From a virus, in IMG/VR virus record IMGVR_UViG_3300033150_001569, positions 1 through 64,000 of that record: a DNA stretch of 64,000 nt; one strand, given 5' to 3'. The first letter of the stretch is position 1. The number at the start of each line of letters is the position of its first letter. Of the stretch, positions 38,947-48,056 are shown one piece after another. The notes under the pieces are model-generated. The model made no database searches and was not told where the DNA came from. It was given only the letters and a program-made list of their open reading frames with translations. The translations under genes were made by a program, and so were the position numbers.

Positions 38947-41238
38947 ATCAAAGATCATTTAAAATTACGTTATGTTACTTCTTCAAAAAAAGAAAATAGA
39001 GCAAAAGTAGATCCATTAACAGATGCATTTAAAGAATTATCAGATAGTAGTATTTTACTTTCAAATGAGAGAGAAAGTATATGGGAGCATGAAGTAGTTG
39101 ATGTTGAAAAATTTTTGTTACATAGTGACTATTTAGATCAAAAAGAATATGCACGTCCCTGGGTAGTAGATATTTTAAATGAAGTATTTGATGGTGTTGT
39201 TTATAATGCTAAAAATGGTGGAAATGATAAAGAAGGAGATTTATTATTTAAATATAAAGAAGTAATATTTAATACTGCTATTGGATGTGGTAAATGTTTA
39301 ACAGGAGAATCAATAATTAAATTAGATAATGGAACTCCAGTAGAAGTAAAAGATTTATATGATAGGTATCAAAATGGAGATAATAATTATTATACTTATT
39401 CATTAGATGAAAATAAAATAGAATTAGTAAAAAATAAAATTAAAACTGTTATTTCTAATGGTTATAAATATACTTTTGAAATATTTACAACTAATAAAAA
39501 AATAATAAGATGTACAAGTAATCATCCATTTTGGGGAACAATAAAACAAATAAATAAAATAAAACCATGTTGGAGACAATTACATACTATTAATGTTGGT
39601 GAAAAAATATTAACTTATGATTGGGAAAAGAAAAAATTTGTTTGGGATAGAATTAAAAGTATAAAATTTTCAGGAGTTAGAGAAGTATATGATTTATCAA
39701 TGGAAAATATAAATTATCCTTCTTTTGTTGCAAATGAATTTATAGTTCATAATTCATATACTTTATCATTAATATCATGTTATGTTGCTTATTTAATTTT
39801 GTGTTTAAAAGATCCTTGTAAATTTTTTAATCTTGCTCCTGGTAGTAAATTTGCAATTGTTAATAATTCTATTACACAGAAAAATGCTAAACGAGTTGTT
39901 TTTAGTGAAATATATAATAAAATATTAACATCTCCTTGGTTTCAAGATAAATATAGACCAAATCCAAGAATACAATCAGAATTACAATTTGATTATTTAC
40001 CAGATAATCCTGATTTAATTGATCCAAGAAGAAAATATAAATCAGTAACAATTATTCCTGGTTCTAGTAGTGAATTTTCTGCAATTGGTTTACAATTATT
40101 TTTAGGTATAATTGATGAAGCAAGTAAATATCCTATTATTAATGAAGTATCACAAGCAGAAACTATTTATACTACAATGGATAGACGAGTTACTTCTAGA
40201 TTTGGTTCTAGAGGATTGTTAGTTATAGCTGGATCACCTCAATATACAGGTGATTGGTTAGATGCAAAATATAAAGAGTCATTAGATGATGAATTAATTT
40301 TAACTAAAAATATTCCTTTATGGGAAGCAAAACAATCTACTTGGTTTATTGATGAAGAAACTAAAAATAAATTTTTCTATTTTCATCCTACTGATGAAGT
40401 AATTATAGAAGAAGATAATCCTAAAAAATATGATTGTATTAAAATACCTGATTTAAGAGAATATCGTAAAGCATTTGAAAAAAATCCTTCAGGAGCAAAA
40501 AGAGATTTAGGTGGAATGCCAAGTGATTCTCTTAAACCATTTTTTACAATACAAAGTGCTATTGATAAATGCATTGATTATACTAGAAAAAGTCCTTGTT
40601 TTAAAGAAACAGGAGATCAACCATTTAAATTTAAAGATTGGTTTAGACCTATTTCAGCAGGTGTTCATATTGTTCATGCTGACTTTTCATTAATGCGTGG
40701 TAAAGATTCCACGGGAATTTCGATAGGTCATATAGATCATGTTGATGAAGAAGGTTCTGTTTATGTTTATATTGATGCAATGATTAGAATGCGTGGTACT
40801 AAAGAAAAAAGATTAGATTTAGCAACTATTCGTGAAGTTATATATGAATTAACAGCTAGAGGATTTAATATTGGTTTAATTACTACAGATAGATTTCAAA
40901 GTTATGATTGTAGACAAATATTAGAAAAGAAAGGTTATAATTGTGATTTATTATCTGTAGATCAAAATATTCAACCTTATAATGATTTAAAAGAAGCTGT
41001 TTATGAAAAAAGAGTAAATTATTATGATGATCCTATATTTATACGTGAAATTAAATTACTTGAAGATATTAATGGAAAAAGAGTTGATCATCCACCAGGA
41101 GTTAATGCAATTGATGGTATGAAAAATAGTAAAGATATAAGTGATTCTGTTGCTGGTGTTGTTCATAATTTAATTAAATATCATAGAGAAATTTTAGATA
41201 ATATTGAAGAAGAAGATAATCAAGCTATTTTAATATAA
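38947..41238 (+). CDS. terL: terminase large subunit (intein-containing; probable ATC start)
   Basis: Walker A GCGK|S split by intein, IIDEA Walker B, HADFS nuclease, DHP...SKDISDSVAG; frame open back to 38938 with RBS TAAGGA. Confidence 0.9.
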   Translation: MKDHLKLRYVTSSKKENRAKVDPLTDAFKELSDSSILLSNERESIWEHEVVDVEKFLLHSDYLDQKEYARPWVVDILNEVFDGVVYNAKNGGNDKEGDLLFKYKEVIFNTAIGCGKCLTGESIIKLDNGTPVEVKDLYDRYQNGDNNYYTYSLDENKIELVKNKIKTVISNGYKYTFEIFTTNKKIIRCTSNHPFWGTIKQINKIKPCWRQLHTINVGEKILTYDWEKKKFVWDRIKSIKFSGVREVYDLSMENINYPSFVANEFIVHNSYTLSLISCYVAYLILCLKDPCKFFNLAPGSKFAIVNNSITQKNAKRVVFSEIYNKILTSPWFQDKYRPNPRIQSELQFDYLPDNPDLIDPRRKYKSVTIIPGSSSEFSAIGLQLFLGIIDEASKYPIINEVSQAETIYTTMDRRVTSRFGSRGLLVIAGSPQYTGDWLDAKYKESLDDELILTKNIPLWEAKQSTWFIDEETKNKFFYFHPTDEVIIEEDNPKKYDCIKIPDLREYRKAFEKNPSGAKRDLGGMPSDSLKPFFTIQSAIDKCIDYTRKSPCFKETGDQPFKFKDWFRPISAGVHIVHADFSLMRGKDSTGISIGHIDHVDEEGSVYVYIDAMIRMRGTKEKRLDLATIREVIYELTARGFNIGLITTDRFQSYDCRQILEKKGYNCDLLSVDQNIQPYNDLKEAVYEKRVNYYDDPIFIREIKLLEDINGKRVDHPPGVNAIDGMKNSKDISDSVAGVVHNLIKYHREILDNIEEEDNQAILI
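39295..39753 (+). mobile_element. mini-intein in TerL Walker A (153 aa, no endonuclease)
   Basis: CLTGES.I, TSNHPF, VYDLSM, FVANEFIVHN|S. Confidence 0.92.
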
Positions 41239-41248
41239 AATAATTAAT

Positions 41249-41515
41249 ATGTCTGAAAAAAGATCTAAAATAATTATTTGTAAAATACGTGGAAAAGTAA
41301 AACTTTTTAAACGTGGATATGGTTTTATTAATTTTTTAGAAGAAGATAATATCAATATTAAAAATGATATTTTTGTACATTATTCAAAAATAATTAGTGA
41401 TGAAAAATTTAAAACTTTAGAAGAAGGAGATATAGTAGAGTTTGATTTAGTTGAATATATAGATGGTCGTTTAAGAGCATTAAATGTTCGCAAAATAGAT
41501 AGGATAGGAGATTAA
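41249..41515 (+). CDS. cold-shock domain protein
   Basis: GKVK.F..GYGFI, DIFVHYS.I, FKTLEEGD.VEF, A.NV. Confidence 0.88.
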   Translation: MSEKRSKIIICKIRGKVKLFKRGYGFINFLEEDNINIKNDIFVHYSKIISDEKFKTLEEGDIVEFDLVEYIDGRLRALNVRKIDRIGD

Positions 41516-42227
41516 ATATGAAGAATTTATTATTAAATTTTTATATTAAATTTTATTATTTAATAAATTATATAGAAATTATAACTTTTATAACTTTATA
41601 TTATTTAGGAGTATAAAATGAATAATGAAGATATGAGAGAAATATTTGATAAAGATTTAATTGAATATAATTTTTATACAATTGAAAAAAATAAAAAGAA
41701 AAAACAAATATTATATGATTTAAATTTATTAGGAGCACAAGGTTGGGAATATTGTGAAAGATTAGATACTGATACAATTTTATTAAAAAGATTAAGAAAT
41801 TTTTTAACAATGATTAATGAAGCTAGAGATATTTTGGATGGTAAAGAAGATGAAAATTTACCTATTGAAAATATTAAATATTGTACTGAGGATTGTAAAT
41901 TTTTTGATGTTAATCATGAATATTGTACTAAATTAAAACAACAAAGTGTTTATGGAAGTCCTTGTATGGAGGAATTAAAATGAATGATATAATTGATTTT
42001 GATAAATTAAATAATGAAATTAAAAATTTATTTAATAAAATAAGAAGTACTAAAGATATTGATGAAGGAGTATGTGCAGATAAATTTATTTTACAAATTT
42101 CGAGATATATAGATAAAAATAAAGAAGAAAATTTAAGTATTAAATCATTTTATGAAACTAATAAAGGTAATAATAAAACAGCTTATCAATTAGTAAAGTT
42201 TAATGATATTTCAATGGATGAATAAAT

Positions 42228-43445
42228 ATGGATGATAAAATTAAATATAAAATTTTTCAAAAATTTTTAAAATTTAAATATATAGAATCTATATTAAAAC
42301 AATTTCCAATTGATAGAGCAGATATGGGCGAAGAAGCAATGTATGATGAATTAATTGATTTTGAATTAGAATTATATGAAGCATTACAAACAGAATTTTC
42401 AAAATTATCTAAAGATTTTCAAAAATTAGAAAGTGATGCTTTTTTTGAATTATATAATGAAGAAAATATAGAAGCTGTACCATTAGTAGGAGGATTTGTT
42501 TTGGGTGTTGCTGCTTTAGATATATTTCATAATAAAGCAAATGCTTATTTAGGAACAGATTTTTTTATTAATATAAAAGATAAATTAAATGGTAATATGT
42601 TGGGAATGTATAATGAAGCATCTTCAAGAACTATTAATGAAATAGTTGCTAAATTACCTAGAGGATATAAAACTGATGGAAAAAATTATCTTAAAAATTT
42701 GCCAATTGATGATGTATTAGCAAGTGTTGATGCACAATATAGTAATTTTTTAACTGCTAATTATTTAGAAAATATATCAGGTAGAATATCAACTAGAGCT
42801 AATAAAATTTTAAATGAATTTGAAAGTAATATTGATAGAGTATTTGCTTTAAAACAAGATTTTTTAAATATTGATATTTATTCTGCTCCTTATTTATATG
42901 CCGCTTCTAGTACAATACAAAATTTAATTAGAAATAGAGCTATTGTTAATGTATATCAAAGAGCAAAAGTTACTACAGTAACATTTAATGCAGTTGGTGA
43001 TGATAGAACTTGTTTTCCAGAATTTGTTTCAGTTTTAACTTCTAATGGTAGAAAAAAAATTAAAGATATAAAAATTAATGATGAAGTATTAACACATAAA
43101 GGTAATTATAAAAAAGTTTTGGCAAGACAATGTTTCAATTATAATGATGATATTTATGAAATAAAACCAGAAAATAAAAAATTTAGAAATTTAAAATGTA
43201 CGAAGAATCATCCAATTTTAATTAAAAGAAATAATGAATATTATTGGATAGAAGCTAGAAATTTAAAAATTGGTGATATAATCATTAAATATAATTATTT
43301 AATTAAAAAATCAAAATGTAAATTTTGTGGAAAAGAATTTTATGCTAAATATTATTCTACTCATAAAAATTATTCATTATATTGTTCTTTAGATTGTTAT
43401 TTTAAAAGAAAAACTAAAAATATGATTGAAACTAAGTGTTGGTAA
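42228..43445 (+). CDS. head morphogenesis protein (Mu gpF/SPP1 gp7-like), N-part + intein N-fragment
   Basis: F.AVGDDRT| then CFPEFVSVLTSNG..IKDIKI.DEVLTH, TKNHP, W.EA.NL.IGD; ends in CxxC..CxxxC and stop. Confidence 0.8.
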   Translation: MDDKIKYKIFQKFLKFKYIESILKQFPIDRADMGEEAMYDELIDFELELYEALQTEFSKLSKDFQKLESDAFFELYNEENIEAVPLVGGFVLGVAALDIFHNKANAYLGTDFFINIKDKLNGNMLGMYNEASSRTINEIVAKLPRGYKTDGKNYLKNLPIDDVLASVDAQYSNFLTANYLENISGRISTRANKILNEFESNIDRVFALKQDFLNIDIYSAPYLYAASSTIQNLIRNRAIVNVYQRAKVTTVTFNAVGDDRTCFPEFVSVLTSNGRKKIKDIKINDEVLTHKGNYKKVLARQCFNYNDDIYEIKPENKKFRNLKCTKNHPILIKRNNEYYWIEARNLKIGDIIIKYNYLIKKSKCKFCGKEFYAKYYSTHKNYSLYCSLDCYFKRKTKNMIETKCW

Positions 43446-43766
43446 AAGAATAAAACATATTAATAAATTTGATAATAAAGAAATTATTTTTAGTAGTTCT
43501 TGGGAATATAAATATGCATTATATTTAGAAAAAATAATATTAAATATATTTATGAATATAAAAGATTTAAAATAAAAAATAAAAATTTTAGAGATTATAC
43601 TCCAGATTTTTATTTAATAGATTCCGATGAATATATAGAAATAAAAGGAAGAAAAAAGAAAAAATTTGAAGAAAAATATATTATATTTAAAAAAGAAAGT
43701 CCAAATATAAAAATTAAAATATTATATCAAAATGATCTTAAAAATTTAGGAATTAAATTATGTTAA
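43426..43766 (+). pseudogene. PD-(D/E)xK endonuclease between the intein halves (one A-run slip ~43533)
   Basis: not in track; FSSSWEYKYALYL..YIYE..YTPDFYL...YIEIKG; own stop TAA at 43764. Confidence 0.7.
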
Positions 43767-45427
43767 AATTAACAAAAGAAGAATCAAAAATAATTGATGA
43801 TATGTTAAAAAATAAGGTTTGTAGTGAAACTAAAATTAAAGAAATTAATAATAAAAAGAGAAATATTAAAGTTTATAATTTAGAAGTAGAAGACGATTTT
43901 ACATATAATGCAAATGATTATATTGTTCATAATACTGCTCTTTGTTTAAGTCTTAATCAAAGAGAATGGCAATTAACAGATATTTTAAATAAATTTGCAG
44001 AAGTTGATAATTTAGAATTACCTAGTGATGATTATAAAGAATCAATTAATAGATTAAAAGAAGCTCATCCATTTTTTAGATTTGATACTATAGCAGCAAG
44101 AGAAGGAAAAGATTCTATATATAAAGTTGATCGTGAAGGTAATAGAGATTATATAAAAGGTTCACGATTTGCTTATGATAGTGATACAGGAAAATATCGT
44201 CCTAATGTTAGTGATGATTATGTTGGTAATTTTATAGAAGCTGGAATTCCTTGTCCTCCGCTTCACAATTTTTGCTATCAGATAGATACGGAAGTTTATA
44301 CTAAAAGAGGTTGGTTATTATTTAAAAATTTAAAAGATAATGATTTAATTCTTACATTAAATCCAGAAACAAAAGATTTAGAATGGAGTAAAATTATAAG
44401 ACAAATATCATATAAATATAATGGTAAAATGATTTTATTTACAAATAATCAACATTCTTTAGATTTATGTGTTACTCCAGATCATCAACATTTTTATTAT
44501 AAAAGAGTAGATCATGCTACTAAAGGTAGATGGATGGAACCTATTTTTGCTAATTTTGAACAATTAAAAAAATCTGGTTCTGAAGTTATGTTTTATATTT
44601 CTAGTGAATGGAAAGGTGAAGATAAAAAATATATTGAAATAAATGGATTAAAATTAAAAACTGAAGATTATTGTAGATTAATGGGTTATTATTTATCTGA
44701 AGGTAGTACTAAAAAAGTAAGAAGTAATTCTGGTAATTATTATGCTCAAATAGCACAAGAAAAATTTATTAATAAAATGTATGAAGATATTAAAGATATT
44801 GGTTTAAAAAATATTACTAAAACAAAAGATAAAATACATATTTATGATATTAGATTTGGAAATTATGCAAAACAATTTGGTTATTCTTATGAAAAATATA
44901 TTCCAGAAGAAATTATGGAATTATCTCCAAATTATATAAGAATATTTTTAGATGCTTATAATTTAGGAGATGGTAGTATATTTATTAATAATAATTTTAA
45001 AGATTATCGAAAAGATATAAAATTTAAAGAATTAAAAAATTATTGTACAAGTTCTAAAAAAATTGCAAATCAAATAGGAGAATTAATATTAAAAGTTGGA
45101 AAATCTCCTAGTTTTAGAAAAGAAATGGTTAAAGGTAAAAAACAAAAATTTAGAAATGGTATTTATATAATTAATCATAATATTTATATTATTAATGAAT
45201 TATCATCTAAATATAGAAAACCAAGAATAATAAAAGAAATAGATTATAATGATTATGTTTATGATATAGAAGTAGAAAAAAATCATACGTTATGGGTAAG
45301 AAGAAATGGCAAAGCAGTTTGGTCAAGTAATTGTCGTTCTTGGTTAACAAGCACTCAAGAAACTTTTGATGAATTAGTTGAAACAATAGAAACAGAAAGA
45401 AAAAAAGATAATAAAAATTATATTTAA
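43760..45427 (+). CDS. head morphogenesis protein C-part: intein C-fragment + extein + second intein
   Basis: RBS AGGA + ATG; VYNLEVEDDFTYNANDYIVHN|TALC; later PPLHNF|...|CRS. Confidence 0.8.
   Translation: MLKLTKEESKIIDDMLKNKVCSETKIKEINNKKRNIKVYNLEVEDDFTYNANDYIVHNTALCLSLNQREWQLTDILNKFAEVDNLELPSDDYKESINRLKEAHPFFRFDTIAAREGKDSIYKVDREGNRDYIKGSRFAYDSDTGKYRPNVSDDYVGNFIEAGIPCPPLHNFCYQIDTEVYTKRGWLLFKNLKDNDLILTLNPETKDLEWSKIIRQISYKYNGKMILFTNNQHSLDLCVTPDHQHFYYKRVDHATKGRWMEPIFANFEQLKKSGSEVMFYISSEWKGEDKKYIEINGLKLKTEDYCRLMGYYLSEGSTKKVRSNSGNYYAQIAQEKFINKMYEDIKDIGLKNITKTKDKIHIYDIRFGNYAKQFGYSYEKYIPEEIMELSPNYIRIFLDAYNLGDGSIFINNNFKDYRKDIKFKELKNYCTSSKKIANQIGELILKVGKSPSFRKEMVKGKKQKFRNGIYIINHNIYIINELSSKYRKPRIIKEIDYNDYVYDIEVEKNHTLWVRRNGKAVWSSNCRSWLTSTQETFDELVETIETERKKDNKNYI
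44273..45331 (+). mobile_element. LAGLIDADG-type intein (353 aa)
   Basis: CYQIDTEVYTKRGW, VTPDH, LMGYYLSEGS, FLDAYNLGDGS, VYDIEV, VWSSN|C. Confidence 0.92.
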
Positions 45428-45636
45428 TAAAAATAAAGAATATAAGAGGTTTAAATATGTCAGAAAATGAAAAAGAAACAACTGAAAAGAAAGTTATTTG
45501 TGTTATCAAAACTTATGAAAAAAAATCTCATAAAAAAAGAAAACAAAATAATTCTCCTTTAAAATTTAAACCATTTGATATTGAAGTTATACAAAAATTA
45601 AAATTAAAATTAAAAAAATAAAGATATGAGGTTAAA

Positions 45637-47247
45637 ATGAGTAGAAAAAGAAAAAATAATAAACAAGTAGATAATAAATCTACTAAAATAAAAGAAGAAA
45701 TTATTGAAACTAAAAAAATATATAATGAAGAAGAATTTAATAAAGCAATTAAAAATTCAGATCCTAATTCAATAATGAAAGCATTTCTTATATCTGATGA
45801 AGGTGTAGAATCTAAACAATTAAAGGATGAATGGGCAGATTTAGAAATAGAAGATGCAGTAGTTCCTCCATATGATCCTGAAACATGGGCAGAATATTTA
45901 GAATTAAGCTCATCATTAAGATCATCAATAGATTCATTAGCATTAAATACAGTTGGATTAGGTTGGAATACAATTAGAAATAAAAAATTTGATAGATCAT
46001 TTGATGAAAAAGAAGAAAAAGCTTTTCAAAAAGAAAAACAAATATTAGATGAATTATTTGAATTTCCTAATCAAGAAATGCCTTTTTTAACAGTTACAAC
46101 ACGTATTAAAACAGATGAAGAAGCAACTGGTAATGGATATATGGAAGTTGCAAGAAATAGAAAAAATAAAATTAAAGCATTATATCATGTACCTAGTCAT
46201 ACAATGAGAGTTAGAAAAAATGGTGGATTTATTCAATTAAGAAATGGTGTTATTAGATATTTTAAAGATTTTGGTGATGAAAGAATAATTGATGCAGAAA
46301 CAGGATATGAAAATAAAAATATTCCTTTTGAAGAAAGGGCAAATGAAATAATACATTTTAAATTATATTGTCCTAGAGATTCATTTTATGGAATACCTAG
46401 ACATGCAAGTGCTCAATATGCAATTGAAGGTAATTATAATGCTGCTGAATATAATGCATCATTTTTTAAAAATGCTGCTACACCTAGATATATTATTTTA
46501 TGTGATGGTACTAATATTGATAAAGAATCAATTGAACATGTTAAACAATTTTTTCAAGCAAGTGGAAAGGGACCAAAAAATGCTCATAGATGTCTTATTC
46601 TTCAAACAAGTAAAAAAAGTTTTGCAGGTCCAAGTCAAGCAGATAAAGGACATATTAAGTTAGAACCAGTTACAATAGGAAAGACAGATGATGCTAGTCA
46701 TTTAAATTATCAAAAGAAAAATGATGAAGAAATAAGAAGTGTACATAGAATACCATCTATACTTTTAGGTATTCTTGAAGATGCAAATAGAGCAACTGCT
46801 TTAACAGCTATTGGAATAGTTAATCAACAAGTATTTTTACCAGAACAAGTTAGATATGAATATATAATAAATCATACACTTGTAAAAGATTTTGGATTTA
46901 AATATGCAAAATTTGAATTTGTCGATTTAGAATCTACTGATCCAGTTGAAAAAGCAGAAATTGATGAAATATATGCAAAAGCAGGTACATTATCAATTGA
47001 TGAAATAAGAAGTAGCATTAAGAAACAACCTTTTAATAAAACATGGTCTAAAATACCATTTGAGGTATTAAAGATATATCTTACATCACAGAGAGATGCA
47101 GAATTAAAAGAAAATGAAAATATGAAAGATGATGATGTTAAAAAAATTGCAGATATTAGAAAGAAAATTATTAAAAGTTTAAGAAAAGTTAATAAAGATC
47201 TTCAAAAAGATTTGAAAGATAAAAATATTGATGATTTATTTATTTAA
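45637..47247 (+). CDS. portal protein
   Basis: PPYDP, DEEATGNGYMEV.R, HVPS.TMR, EIIHFK, YGIP, FFKNAATP, HRIP..LLG, NRATA. Confidence 0.9.
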   Translation: MSRKRKNNKQVDNKSTKIKEEIIETKKIYNEEEFNKAIKNSDPNSIMKAFLISDEGVESKQLKDEWADLEIEDAVVPPYDPETWAEYLELSSSLRSSIDSLALNTVGLGWNTIRNKKFDRSFDEKEEKAFQKEKQILDELFEFPNQEMPFLTVTTRIKTDEEATGNGYMEVARNRKNKIKALYHVPSHTMRVRKNGGFIQLRNGVIRYFKDFGDERIIDAETGYENKNIPFEERANEIIHFKLYCPRDSFYGIPRHASAQYAIEGNYNAAEYNASFFKNAATPRYIILCDGTNIDKESIEHVKQFFQASGKGPKNAHRCLILQTSKKSFAGPSQADKGHIKLEPVTIGKTDDASHLNYQKKNDEEIRSVHRIPSILLGILEDANRATALTAIGIVNQQVFLPEQVRYEYIINHTLVKDFGFKYAKFEFVDLESTDPVEKAEIDEIYAKAGTLSIDEIRSSIKKQPFNKTWSKIPFEVLKIYLTSQRDAELKENENMKDDDVKKIADIRKKIIKSLRKVNKDLQKDLKDKNIDDLFI

Positions 47248-47258
47248 AGGAGAATAAA

Positions 47259-48056
47259 ATGAAGAATGAAAAAATTAAAAAAGATAATGTTAAAGATGAT
47301 GAACATTTAAGTTTTTTGTTTAGAGAAGATGAACAAGATGAAGAAATTAAAGATGATAATGAAAGTTTACTTAGTGAGGATGATGATAAAGATGAAATAT
47401 TAACAAATGCTTTATTTGGAATAGAAGATGATAATGAAGATGATAGTAATGATGATGAAGATAATAAAGATGATAACAAAGAAGATAATAAAGATGATAA
47501 CAAAGAAGATAATAAAGATGAAGATAATAAAGACGAAGATAATAAAGACGAAGATAATAAAGACGAAGATAATAAAGATGAAGATGAAGACGATGATAAA
47601 GAAAATAAAAATAATAATGAAGATGAAAATGAAGATAAAAATAATGAAAATAATACTAAAGATGATAACAAAGATGAAGAAAATAAAGATGATAATATTA
47701 CTATGACTTTAGAAGAAGCTAAAAAAATAATTGCTGAAGAAGAGGAAAGAATTAGACTTGAACAAGAAGAAAAGAAAAGAAAATTAGAAGAAGCAAGAAA
47801 ATTAGTAGAAGAAGATGAAGAAAAAAGAAAAAAAGAACAAAAAGAAAAAGAAGATAAAGTTTCAGAAGCTACATCACAAGTAGATGATAATAAAGATAAA
47901 ACTAAAGAAGATGATGCAGTTGATGATAAACAACAAAAAGACGATGATAAAACAGAAGAAGATCATCAAAAAGAAGAAAAAGACAAAAATAATAAAGATG
48001 ATGAAGATAATAAAAAGGATGATAAGGACAAAGATAAGGATAAAAAAGATGAATAA
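47259..48056 (+). CDS. acidic low-complexity protein
   Basis: D/N/K/E repeats followed by an E/K/R charged helix. Confidence 0.7.
   Translation: MKNEKIKKDNVKDDEHLSFLFREDEQDEEIKDDNESLLSEDDDKDEILTNALFGIEDDNEDDSNDDEDNKDDNKEDNKDDNKEDNKDEDNKDEDNKDEDNKDEDNKDEDEDDDKENKNNNEDENEDKNNENNTKDDNKDEENKDDNITMTLEEAKKIIAEEEERIRLEQEEKKRKLEEARKLVEEDEEKRKKEQKEKEDKVSEATSQVDDNKDKTKEDDAVDDKQQKDDDKTEEDHQKEEKDKNNKDDEDNKKDDKDKDKDKKDE
47460..47600 (+). repeat. coding tandem repeats (12/15/24-bp units)
   Basis: GATAATAAAGAYGAA x4 (DNKDE) and GATAATAAAGATGATAACAAAGAA x2. Confidence 0.85.

Noticed and set aside
47240-47706. Ser/Leu-rich minus ORF and Met/Ile/Lys-rich alternate-frame ORF; possible CRISPR-like array
   Set aside because: Shadows of the DNKDE coding repeat; the repeats are contiguous with no unique spacers
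47884-48048. Track N-terminal extension of the AAA ATPase
   Set aside because: Alternate-frame reading of the acidic gene; ATG 48049 with an AAGGA RBS overlapping the upstream gene end fits better
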